The notes beneath the pieces are model-generated. The model saw nothing but the letters and a program-made list of their open reading frames with translations, was not told the DNA's origin and searched no databases. The position numbers and the translations under genes are program-made. A stretch of DNA of 64,000 bases from Malacoraja senta (Eukaryota): NCBI GenBank assembly GCA_038087875.1, contig CM075989.1:22322001-22386000 (forward strand), read 5' to 3'. Below are positions 25,335 through 37,094 of this stretch, one piece after another. How positions within the stretch are numbered: the stretch's first letter is position 1; each line of letters opens with the position of its first letter.

Positions 25335-25630
25335 TTGAGTATAGAAGTTGGGGGGGTCATGTTGCAATTGTATACAACGATGGTGAGGCCAGATTTAGAG
25401 TATTGTGTTCAGTTCTGGGCACCGTGTTATAAGAAAGATGCTGTCAAGTTGGAAAGGGTACAGAGAAGATTAACGAAGATGTCTTTGGAGTGTGGGAGGA
25501 AACTGGAGCACAAAGAGAAAACCCATTTGCTCACAGGGAGAACGTAGAAACTCGTTACAGAATGTACCCCTAGTCGGGATCTCTGGCGCTGTAAGGCAGC
25601 AACTCTACCACTGCGTTACAGTGCTGCCCC
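25335..25630. mobile_element. CR1 RT fragment (+) joined to the 5' half of an HE1 SINE (-)
   Basis: LYTTMVRPDLEYCVQFWAP..LERVQRR to ~25480, then GTCTTTGGAGTGTGGGAGGAAAC. Confidence 0.75.
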
Positions 25631-26965
25631 AACTGCCTTGTGTCAACATTGATTGATAAGTTCCCTTGCTATTTCATTTACAAATTACAGAGGAAAAACG
25701 GCGAAAAAGTTTTGAGACTGGCTGTGGGTTACCTGATCTCTCTATATGTTGATATCTGAATCAAAGGGGAAGCCAGCACTTCTGACAAGTTCATGGTACC
25801 TCAGGGGTGTGGGTGCAAACTTCTGTGGATATTGATGAGCCCGAGACCTCTTTGAATCCATTCATATCCTGAACATAAATGGTTATGCTCCTTTGATTGT
25901 CGGCCAAAGATTTTTCCTGCAGGTGATTAAAATGATTTAAAACATGAAAAGCCTATGGCATTTGGGACAAGGATCAGGTCAGGTCTGGTCACAAAGAAGG
26001 CTCTCAAGGATTCATCTGCCATTTGACAATTTCATCAATTGCAATCACAAGAAGTTTGCTTTGTTTGGCTTTGCTGCCTGTGATTGCCGTCTTACATTAG
26101 TCTTCTCTCTGAGTTTGATTTTTCCTTTAAAGTCCCATGGTCGAGAGCCCTTCCTTTCAATTAGGATTATTCCTTGCCTGACAAGTTGATAGCTGCCAAG
26201 AGAGAAGGTTGATAGTGTTGCTAGGTTTAATGAACATTTTGTCCTTTTTAAGTCTTGCATATATGCAATAGGTTGGCCAATGTTCTTGTCAACGGCGAAG
26301 GTGAAAAGTTGCCTCATTTAATTTTACCTATCCCCTTTTTAATGAGCTTTATTGGAATTTTGTCAACATCTTTTGGTCATCCTATTATGATGTGAGAAAC
26401 AGTTGCCAGAAATTGACAACATCAATTCCACCGGGCAACTGTGTTGAACCATTTATTTCCAAGCGTTACATTACTGCCAACAATTCTCTCACCCAAAATC
26501 TTGTTTCCTCCGAAATTAAATCACTTGCCCATCCACAATTGACGCTGACAGTGTCTTCAACTACTGCAAACTCTAATGAGGCTTATTTTGAGAGAACGGG
26601 CATAATTGGTTCATAGCTGAGAGAGAATATGAATTCCTCTTAGAAACCTTGTTCAAAGAACGGTGCACAGGTTGTTCAGAGAATACCACATGAGCAAAGG
26701 CAAATAGTAGCAACGTTTTCTTATTAGCAAATTTAATTTACTAATAAGTAATAAGCATTTTCCAATTAACTTTTGTGACACTAAATTTGGGTACAAGCCA
26801 ATGAACTATGGTAGTTAAAATCTGTATTCTTCAGTTTAAAGACCAAAGTCACTCAACTAAAACTTAGCAACAAAGGAGTACTGAATTCCTTGGGCCTGTA
26901 GTTCTCATGAGCTAGGACCCCCCCCCCCCCCCCTCCCCAGCTATCCTCCCCAGCACAATTACAAG

Positions 26966-27215
26966 TCACCCAGAGAGTTGTGAATTTGTGGAATTCTCTG
27001 CCACAGAAGGCAGTGGAGGCCGATTCACTGGATGCATTCAAAAGAGAGTTAGATGTAGCTCTTAGGGCTAACGGAATCAGGGGATATGAGGAGAAGGCAG
27101 GAACGGGGTACTGATTGGGGATGATCAGCCATGATCACATTGAATGGCGGTGCTGGCTCGAAGGGCCAAATGGCCCACTCCTGCACCTATTGTCTATGTA
27201 TCTATGTATGTATCT
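26966..27215 (+). mobile_element. CR1/HER1 3' end
   Basis: CAGAGAGTTGTGAATTTGTGGAATTCTCTGCC..CTCCTGCACCTATTGTCTATG. Confidence 0.88.
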
Positions 27216-27227
27216 AAGTCCCAATTT

Positions 27228-27681
27228 GAAATGTCACCTCTCCATGTTCTCCAGAGATTCTGTCTGACCCGCTTAGTTACTACAGCATACTGTGAAACGT
27301 CACCTATCCATGTTCTCCACAGATGCTGCCTGACCCGCTGAGTTACTCCAGCACTCTATGAAAGGCCACCTATCCATGTTCTCCACAGATGCTGCCTGAC
27401 CCGCTGAGTTACTCCAGCACTCTGTGAAAGGTCACCTATCCATGTTCTCCAGAGATGCTGCCTGACCCGTTGAGTTACTCCAGCACTCTGTGAAACGTCA
27501 CCTATCCATGTTCTCCACAATGCTGCCTGATCCGCTGAGTTTCTCCAGCACTCTGTGAAAGGTCACCTATCCATGTTCTCCACAATGCTGCCTGACCCGC
27601 TGAGTTACTCCAGCACTCTGTGAAACGTCACCTATCCATGTTCTCCACAATGCTGCCTGACCCGCTGAGTTACTCCAGCAC
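27228..27681 (+). repeat. Tandem array of 7 x 65-66 bp units derived from the Penelope pLTR
   Basis: Units GAAA(C/G)GTCACCTATCCATGTTCTCC..CTCCAGCACTCTGT start at 27228, 27294, 27360, 27426, 27492, 27557, 27622. Confidence 0.95.
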
Positions 27682-28569
27682 ATTATGTCCTTTTTTTACA
27701 CAAACTTTGGTACCAATTCTGTTCACTGCAAACACAATTGTGCAATCAATTGCAGTGGTTTCCAAAGTTAGCAGTTCTTCTCCCCAACTATAATAAGTAT
27801 CGCTAAACAATAATCATCCCTCGCAGTTTTCAATAACGTTGATTTGCAAGTTTGCTGGGAAACTAAGTGAAAAATAACAAGGTGTAACTTTTGAGCTGAA
27901 TGAAAATGATTAAGTTTGAACAATTATCTTCAAAAATTATTTTGGAACATAAACCAACTGCGACATAATGATAAATAGTTTGATATATATTTTAACAGTT
28001 GTTTTCAATCATTTAAAATTGAATTGCTTACAAATATTGGAATAGCTCCACGATTTAACTTTGTGTGACTTCATTTTCAACAGTTGTAATCAAACTGCAC
28101 AGCATTACAACTGTGTGAAATGTCATGGAATATGTGTTTTAAGCAACAATTCTGAAAATAAAATGTTTTAAAGTGCTGTCTGAGTATATTGTTTGCAGCA
28201 AATGAGTTTGCACGAAATATCAAGGGAAATTAAACACTTCAAAATGGGTGAAGGTTTGGGCACCAATTCACCATTTTTACCCATGAGTACACTTCTTGCC
28301 TTTTCAAAGTCCGTAATTCTAATTTGGAAGAAATTAAATTTCTAAACTCTGGTCATTACGTCACTGAAGTTTATCCTCTTGCAAAAAAAAAATAATGTTG
28401 GTTTTACGGTAATACCCATTATAAAGACTAGCATCTTCTGGGATTTTAAGATTTTTAAGAACTTATCCAAATTTGAATTGGCTCAGTACTCTCATAATTA
28501 TCACGTTGAAATATCTTTCTGAAGCTTGGAATTTCCATCAGCAACTCAAATTCAAGTTCCCTTGAAGGC

Positions 28570-29105
28570 TGAGAAAGAGTTATAGTGTCGTACTGCTGTG
28601 AAACAGGCCCTGCGACACAACTCGTCACTGCTAACCAAGATGCCCCATCTAACCTATTCAGATTGGCCTTCATTTGACTATATTCCTCTAAACTTGTTCT
28701 AGCCATGTTCCTGTCCTAATGTCTTTGTAACATTGTTAATGTGGCTGCCTCAACTACTTCCCTTGGAAGCTTGTTCCATGCACCCACCACCCTCTGTGTG
28801 AAATGGTTGCCCCTTAGTTTAGTGTAATATAGAGATGCAGCACTGAAACAGGCCCTTCGACCCACTGAGTCCACGCTGACCACCAATCAACTGTTCATAC
28901 TAGTTATTCCATGTTATTCCATGTTCTCATCCACTCCCTGCACATTAGGAGGCACTTACAGAGCACAATTAACCTACAAACCCTCATGTCATTGGGAATG
29001 TGGGAGTAAACCGGAGCACCAGGAAGAAACCCATGCGGTCACAGGGAGAACGTGCAAACTCGGGGTCCTATTAAATCTTTTCCCCTCTCGCCTTAAAACT
29101 ACGCC
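28570..29105 (-). mobile_element. CR1 3' fragment with nested HE1 SINE (~28815-29060)
   Basis: The CR1 sequence ..GTTGCCCCT resumes as GGTCCTATTAAATCTTTTCCCCTCTC after the SINE. Confidence 0.75.
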
Positions 29106-29838
29106 CTCCAGATAGATGCCTTCAAAAATCAGTAAACTGAAAGTTACGACATGAACTAAGAACATTGTGCCGTTATGTACTTAGCCATGTTAAGCTTGGT
29201 CTTCACACCAGCTACTCCACCACCACCTTCACTGGTGGGACTATTGCTTAAAAATAGACAGGAGCTTCAGTTACAACTGAAGACAAACCTACTGTATATA
29301 GATGCACACATGCCTTCAAATGGTTGCAAGCTACAATTGGAATAAATTATAGACAATAGTATTTATAACCAACAAAATTATTGTCATGTTGTTGTATAAT
29401 CTTTATATTACACTGTAAATAAGTTTTAATGCCTCTCTGTGTGGTGCTAACAGTTTGTTACATATCCTGTAATTTTCATTGAGCACATCACTTTACTTTG
29501 CGTTTTAAAAGTATCGCATGAAATTATCGCGAACCATTTTATTTAAGAGATGTACAACAACTGCTAAATAGCCATTTCTGTTGTGGGTAGTCTTGAACTG
29601 AATGTTTCAAATGTGACACCAGAGGAAATTACGCTGTCGGCACCAGCATTTATAATTTCTCTGGCACAATAAAAGAAATGATGCATGTTTACAGAATGAG
29701 GATGAAAGTAAAGGGGAGAATAGGACACAGTGCGGTTGTAACCAACCTATCGAGCAAGCTGTAGTCGCAAGCTGTTGTGATCATGTATTGTCATTCCATT
29801 GGCTTGTGAGCACGTGACGGAAGCTATGGAATCTAATG

Positions 29839-30390
29839 GAATACTTTATTGTCACATGTGAGAAGACACAGTGAGATTCTTTGCTGGTACACAAAAATGC
29901 TGGAGAAACTCAGCGGGTGCAGCAGCATCTATGGAGCGAAGGAAATAGGTAACGTTTCGGGCCGAAACCCTTCTTCAGACATTATCTTCTTCAGATTCTT
30001 TGCTGCATCTCCAATGTATACAAATAGCGTCTACCTAAGGCGTTGACAAGGTCACAAAGCACGCCGGCTCCTCCTTTTGTTCTCCTCCCCCCCTCCCCAC
30101 CACGCCGGGTTCCCACCACGCCGGGTCCCCATTGTCCATTGTTCTCCCTTCCCCCCCCTCGCGATGATCCCCCCATACTCTCATCGACTGTCGACGGCGG
30201 ATCGACCCGCAAGGCTTCACCGCTGCCGAGGCCCGACCGCTGTTGACGTCCCACTGACCGTGGTCCGTCCTCGTCCGTCGGTCAGCGCCATTATCGGCCG
30301 CCGCACCGACCTCTCCACAACGCTGCCGGGTCCTCTCCTGAGGCCTCCGTGGTGCCGCGCTCTGACCCACGAGGCCCCGGCCAGGCACCC
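29839..30390 (-). mobile_element. GC-rich non-autonomous repeat with Rex-like tail, containing a Penelope-derived insert (29887-29992)
   Basis: Reverse-complement tail CACATGTGACAATAAAGTATTC; insert flanked by the perfect 13-bp AGATTCTTTGCTG (29874-29886, 29993-30005). Confidence 0.65.
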
Positions 30391-30569
30391 ATACAGCTTT
30401 TGACTGTACCTTGTTACACGTGACAATAAACTAAACTCAGTCTTTTCCTGCCTTTGTGATTCCTAAAGTCGTGATAACTTACCAGTGTGTGTATTGCATC
30501 AGAAATGGACCAGATGTCGACAACAGTGTCTTGTGAATAACCGAAATAAAAAAAGAATTGCAAGAGAAT

Positions 30570-30866
30570 GGGCACGGTGGCGCAGCAGTAACGTTGTTGC
30601 CTCGCAGCGCCAGAGACCCGGGTTCGATCCTGACTACGGGTGTTGTCAGTATGGAGTTTGTACGTTTTCCCTGTGAGCGCGTGGGTTTTCTCCGGGAACT
30701 CCGTTTTCCTCCCACCCTCCAAAGAGACTGGTTTGTAGGCTAATTGGCTTCGGTAAAGATTGTAAATTGTCCCTTGTGTGTAGGATAGTGTTAGTGTGCG
30801 GGGATCGCTGGTCGGCGCGGACTCGGTGGGCCGAAGGGCCCGTTTCCACGCTGTATCTCTAAACTG
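30570..30866 (+). mobile_element. HE1-type V-SINE
   Basis: Full-length, low divergence. Confidence 0.92.
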
Positions 30867-32999
30867 ATAACTTCTACGAATGCTATAGATATCATATATA
30901 TATATATATATCTGAGGCTGGTTGAAACTCAATTCAGTTAAAGTGAGTTTGTCTTCCTGCATAATGAGATGGAAAGTTCCTAGTTTTCACATGATTCTGC
31001 AGTAGTGTAATGATTTAACGGCTTGTAAATGATCTTATGTAGCCTGAATGATCTTCATTCTTGTATTTTCTAACATTTTTAAACTGACATTCTATATTCC
31101 AAGGTAGACAAAAATGCTGGAGAAACTCAGCGGGTGAGGCAGCATCTATGGAGACAAGGAAATAGGTGATGTAGATAGTAATAAGGTAAAAAAATAATCA
31201 AAATAATGAACTTGTTCATTCACTAAAAACATAAGGATAGTGTCAATATGAAGACAGGCCCTTTGAATTATGTGTTTTTAAGATATTGATATTAGTACAA
31301 AATAATTGTAATGATGAAATTAGTTATAATCCTAAATTCAGTGACAATGCCTCTATAGTGGCAATACTGATGTTGGTTTCTCCGGGAACTCCGTTTTCCT
31401 CCCACCCTCCAAAGACAGACTGGTTTGTAGGCTAATTGGCTTCGGTAAAGAAATAACGAAACATGATTAGAAACATAGAAAATAGGTGCTGGAGAAAGCC
31501 ATTTGACTCTTCGAGCCAGCTCTGCCATTTTTAACATAATTTAAAACATATAAATGAATAGAACATCATCTGTAACAACTGCTTTATATAATCAAATATT
31601 TCATTGAAAAGTACTTCTACTATATGAGACATATTGCCAAATTTTGGATCTAGATCCAACATATTATTGGTTTATTTTTAATCACCTTAAAAATTATTTC
31701 ACATTCCATTATATCTGGATATAATCATACATTATTATTATTATTATTATTATATTCTTATAATATTTATTATTTTCCATTTATAACATCAAAGCAATTT
31801 GTGTCTCCAAATAATGAACTGGCCTGGATTTGCCCGATCAGCTTTGAATTCATTTGTTACATTTTTATATTTGTACACTTTTAAATAATCTTTTTAACCT
31901 TTTAGTGCTGAATGTCTCTGTCGCTTTGATTAAAAACTATAATCGATCACAAACGCTGGCAATTATTAATCACTTAATCAAATAATCAACGCATCACTAG
32001 TTTTAATGGCATCCATTTATTTTACTTTCTGCATGCTTTGTCCAGAAGTATGTCTGTCCCATTTGGGTTGAGATAAATAGAGCTAGACTCCATCCAAGAG
32101 CCGCAGAGAGAGTTATAGATAGTTGCTTGCAAGGATCATTATCTGCCTAGTGCATCCTTTCCCCTATTTATTAAGTAAAATCTGACTAAAGTAAATGGTT
32201 GGTAAACCACACAGCCAGACTCAGATAAACATGGGCCATTTGTTTATGTTCGTACCTGACAGTTTGATGATACATGATCCCGGGAAGATTAATCTCTTCG
32301 GAAGGGCTTCCCCATCATTAATGTTGTACATTTACACCAACTTGGCCTGGCTTTGCAGTTAAAACTATACAATTCCATTAGCAGAAGAGATGGCTTCATT
32401 TAATCTCGATTATAATAATAATCAATATTTGTTTAATTTGTTTTTAAAGTCTTTTGGTCAGTGGTTAAACCATTAGTCCAATAAATTGGTTAGGATGCTT
32501 ATTCACAAATTTCAGCTTACTCTTATTTCCTCTCTGCTCTCTCAGTCTACATTAGACTGCAAACATTTGGGCTAGACATGATCCTCAAGCCTCATTTCTT
32601 ATCCATCACCAAGAGAATTTAATTCCACTTTGGAAACATCCAACCACAATCACAGAAAGTATAGCTAAAAATTGTCATATCCGGTATCATTATCTCTAGA
32701 TATCACTAAGGTAGACAAAAATGCTGGAGAAACTCAGCGGGTGAGGCAGCATCTATGGAGTGAAGGAAATAGGCAAAGTTTCGGGTCGAGACCCTTCTTC
32801 AAACATTTAATCTACCCACTAACTTCACTTTCCAATCACTGAAAAATCCAATTTAACTACCCCACCTGTATCTTTCCCTTTCCCACTCCATTACTACCTA
32901 CTGCACACTTTTTTATTCTCATCACCATGTCCACTTTTAGATGAGATAATAAAGCAAATCTCATTTGCTTTCTCAACTGGATGTTACAGATCAATGTGG

Positions 33000-33382
33000 T
33001 TTTAGTTTAGTTTACAGATACGGCGCGGAAACAGGCCCTTCGCCCACTGACTTCATGCCGACCATCGACCTCCACAATTTAACTCTATCCGAGACAGCGC
33101 CCGTAGTCAGGATCGAACCCTTGTCTCTGGCAGCAACTCTACCACTGCGCCATCGTGCTGCACAGATATCATGGCATTATTTCAAACCAAGGTTCTGCAG
33201 GAACTCAAGGAGGGCTGACGGAAAGATTGGAATATTTATCGGGTGATGTAGCGGTAGAGTTCCTGTCCTACAAAGCCAGAGACCTGGGTTCGATCCTGAC
33301 CACGGGTGCTGTCTGTATGGTGTTTGTACATTCTCCCTGCGACAGCGTGGGTTTTCTCTGGGTGCTCCGGTTTCCTCCCACC
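33000..33382. mobile_element. Two partial HE1 SINEs, head to head (33000-33160 -, 33242-33382 +)
   Basis: B boxes GGATCGAACC and GGTTCGATCC; V-domain pieces. Confidence 0.75.
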
Positions 33383-33927
33383 GGGTCCTTGGGTCCAGAT
33401 AATTAGCCCAAGATAATTGTTTTCAGTTGCTGTGCTATTTAGAGTACTTATCTGCTCATTAATTTTCATTACAATTTGTTGTATTTATTTAATCTTTGGT
33501 TTCCCAATTGTTTCTGTGAATTTTATTGTCCCTACTGCTTAGAAGAAAGATATAAAATGTTTAGTGCCTCAGCCTCTTCCATAAACCTATTATAGCCTCT
33601 CCTAAGATAGACACAAAGTGCTGGAGTAACTCAGCGGGTCAGGCGACACCTCTGGAGAAAAGGAATAGATGACGTTCCGGGTTGAGACCCTTCTTCAGAC
33701 AAAATTTCTCCTTCTGATACCACAAAGGACTAAATTTAATTTTGTATCTATATTCTTTTTTAATGCATGTATATGAGCTTATAGATTATTTCCACATTTC
33801 TCGGCTTGCTTCGTATGGCGACTATGATATCTCTTTATCAATGGTTTGCTGCAACTTATTGTTCAATATTCATTACATAACAATTACAGAATTCATTACA
33901 GAAATACAGGGATCACAGAACACATAA

Positions 33928-34280
33928 TGCAGATGCTGGAAATCTGAAATAAAAAGCCAAAAATGCTGGGAACACTCAGCAGGTCTGGCAGCATCTGTGG
34001 AAAGAGAAACAGAGTTAATGTGTAGGAAGGAACTGCAGATGCTGGTTTAAACCGAAGATAGACACGAAAAGCTGAAGTAACTCAGCGGGACAGGCAGCAT
34101 CTCTGGAGAGTAGGAATGGGTTACGTTCTGGAGACCCTTCTTCAGACTGAGTTAATGTGTTAGGTTGGAGGCCCATTTCCAGTTCTGATGAAAAGACATC
34201 GACCTGAAATGTTAACTCTGCTTCTGTTTCCACAGATGCTGCCTGACCTGCTGTGTGTTTCCTATACGTCCTGTTTTTAT
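33928..34280. mobile_element. Older Penelope-derived inverted element with a younger one nested (34025-34148)
   Basis: GAGTTAATGTGT duplicated at 34013-34024 and 34149-34160. Confidence 0.75.
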
Positions 34281-35016
34281 TACGTGGGACCACCGATTTG
34301 TCAGCTGAGGCAAGGCGACTGGGTAAGAGGGAGGTGGGAGTGCAACAGCGAAAAGCTTTATTCCTTCTGATAAAAGCATACTAATGCTCCAATGTTAACT
34401 TATCAAATGTATGTAAATATTGAACTCCAATTTAATCTGGTAAAATCAAACATCAACAATTTTTAAAGGTTAGAAGAACCTTCTTAGTATATGGCTTGTC
34501 TACTTTGATTGAGGAGGCTTTAATGAAGACAATTATTCCATTCTCACCTTCAAGATTGGACAGATATGTTAGATAAGAAGGGTTGCTAATTTTCTATCCA
34601 TATTAACTAAGGGGAATTAAGCATCCCCTCATTTTGGATTCTGCATGAATTAAGCCAAAATTTTGAATTAACACATCAAGGGAATTATGTGTTAATTTTT
34701 TTATCTGATTAAATATAAGCCAGAGGCACTAATTAAACAATGAAACACATCCACTTGCATCCTGGTTTAGAGTGAATCGAGGTAACATACTGATATTACT
34801 GACCATGTACGAACACTGTTCCAACCTAACTCATTATTGAAGAGGAATGATTAATTAATTGAGAATATGGGACTCAAGTTATTAAGGAGTGAGGGAATTT
34901 CAGGCTAAAGAAATGCGAGTCCAAAAATGGAGAACCATAACATTGCATTTTAGAGTGGAGGGGAATTAAGGTGCTTACCTCCGCCCACAGAATTAGTGAA
35001 AATTATTAGGAAGAGG

Positions 35017-35070
35017 GGGGTGGGAGATTGCAACCTTCACGCGGTCCGCCCTGTTTCAACGAATGCAATC
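35017..35070 (+). ncRNA. Predicted minimal HDV-like self-cleaving ribozyme
   Basis: P1 GGGGTGG/CCGCCCT with G1-U wobble, P2 GATTGCA/TGCAATC, P3 ACC/GGT, L3 TTCACGC, J4/2 C-GAA. Confidence 0.75.
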
Positions 35071-35159
35071 AACCTGGCGTGCACAATCAAATAAGATCAA
35101 ATAGAACAAGTTGTCCTACAACTTTAGGCTGTGCACGCCATACGCAAGAAGAAGTAGAC
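35017..35159 (+). mobile_element. Short non-autonomous Vingi-type retroelement (ribozyme-headed)
   Basis: TSD TAGGAAGAGG at 35007-35016 and 35160-35169; tail CCATACGCAAGAAGAAG resembles 20355-20370; no tRNA A/B boxes. Confidence 0.78.
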
Positions 35160-35189
35160 TAGGAAGAGGGAGGAATGTAATGAAAGTGA

Positions 35190-35515
35190 AGATGGACACA
35201 AGAAGGTGGGGTGACTCAGCAGGTCAGGCAGCATCTCTGGGGAAGAGGAATACTGTAGGTGACGTTTTGGGTCGAGACCCATCTTCAGACCCGAAACATC
35301 ACCCATTCCTTTTCTCCAAAGATGCTGTCTAACCCACTGAGTTACTCCAGTTTTTTTTTGTCTTTCCTCGGTTTAAATCAGCATCTGCAGTCCCCTGACT
35401 CTCAGTCTGAAGAAGGGTCTCGACCCGAAAAGTCACTTGTTCCGTTTCCCCAGAGATGCTGCCTGTTCCGCTGAGTTACTCCAGCTTTTTGTGTCTATCT
35501 GCAGCTCCTTCGTAC
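35190..35515. mobile_element. Penelope-derived inverted/tandem pLTR fragments
   Basis: GACGTTTTGGGTCGAGACCCATCTTCAGAC and CTGAAGAAGGGTCTCGACCCGAAA. Confidence 0.8.
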
Positions 35516-35687
35516 ACAATGTACGGAAAGTGTCTTCTTCAGACACGTATAAACCACGGGATTACAACATAAATCCATGATGAACTCAACGTGAAGGATT
35601 TAATAGGGGTGAGGACTTAGCAACTGAATTTGGTTAGAAATCCACGAAGTAAAACAATACATTATGAGTGTGGCACAGTGGCGCAGC

Positions 35688-36258
35688 AGTAGAGTAGCTG
35701 CTTACAGCGCTTACAGCGCCAGAGACCCTTCTGAACCTTCTGAATTTTGTAGTCGGCAGGGCAGTACTCTGCATATCGCCAACTTGGACAATTTTACATT
35801 TTTACCAAGCCAATTAAACAAGGCAATTAACCTACAAACCTGTACGTCTTTGGAGTGTGGGAGGAATCCGAAGATCTCGGAGAAAACCCACGCAGATCAC
35901 AGGGAGAACGTACAAACTCCGTACAGACAGCACCCGTAGTCGGGATCGAACCCGGGTCTCTGGCGCTGCATTTTGCTGTAAGGCAGCAACTCCACCACTG
36001 TGCCACCGTGAGTGCCCAGGTTCGATCCTGGCTACGGGTGCTTGTCTGTACGGAGTTTGTACCTTCTACCCGTGACCTGCGTGGGTTTTATCCACACACT
36101 CCCACACTCCAAAGATGTACAGGTTTGTAGGTTAACTGGCTTGGTATAAATGTAAATTGTCCCTAGAGTAGGATAGTGTTAACGTGTGGGGATCGCTAGT
36201 CGGCGCGGACCCAGTGTGCCGAAGGGCCTGTTTCCACGCTGTATCTCTAAACTAAACT
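35688..36258. mobile_element. Plus-strand HE1 SINE split by an insert containing a minus-strand HE1 (~35790-36010)
   Basis: Head ends ..CCAGAGACCC at 35728 and resumes CCCAGGTTCGATCC at ~36015. Confidence 0.8.
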
Positions 36259-37094
36259 AGAAGCTAAATTAACAACTCAAGAAAAAAAAAAATCATAGTT
36301 TCCCAGTTAAATGTGCAGGCGTAGAACTGTCGAGTAATGTACGATGATGATTGGTTTGCTCCATCCTATGTCCTGTCCGTTGCCCAGCTACTGAACTATT
36401 ACCCCTAACGTGTACAGTACAAGTTTGATTTATGATTGAAAAATTGCCAGAAGTCTTACACAAAATCGCATTTGAACAACTGTATCCAGCCTGTGTACAC
36501 TCCTCCAGAAGGACTATTCCAGGTGGCATGTTGACAAGACAATTAGGTGATTAATTTCCTGCTGAGTACAATTTTAAAATCGATTATACTTGTTTAATCA
36601 GTGCAATGCTAATCTCAATAAAATTGTTCAGAGAATGCATTTGTTAACATCCACACAGCATGGTGATAATATTTATAATGTATCAGGTCCATTAACACCT
36701 TGAGTGACTTTTATTTTCACAACTAGTTAAACATTATATTTCAAAAGCTGTGCATGTATAGAATGCTTTTGTATTCCTCATGTTAAATTGTATCTGTTTT
36801 TTCTTAATACGTTCACTGTGGAATCCATGGCTGATTTGAGCTAATCAATCCTCAGTGTCTGAAGAAGGGTCTCGGCCTGAGAAGTCACCCATTCCTTCTC
36901 TCCAGAGATGCTGCCTGTCCCACTGAGTCACTCCAGCATTTTGTGTCTATCCTCTAATGCCTCCTGCTGCGGAAAAGGTTAAATGGTGAATTTTAAAGGA
37001 TTAATTTTGGATTATTGCGCGAGAATCAGTGATTCCAGTGGTAAAGATGAAATTTAATGCATCCCTACACCTACAGTAGCTTCTGCAATCAAGG

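Noticed and set aside
27228..27681. Regular array resembling CRISPR
   Set aside because: Units are near-identical head to tail with no unique spacers, there are no cas genes, and the context is vertebrate
30414..30962. 182-aa ORF and the many similar MECGRKPE / METGPSAH ORFs
   Set aside because: Chance translations of HE1 SINE copies
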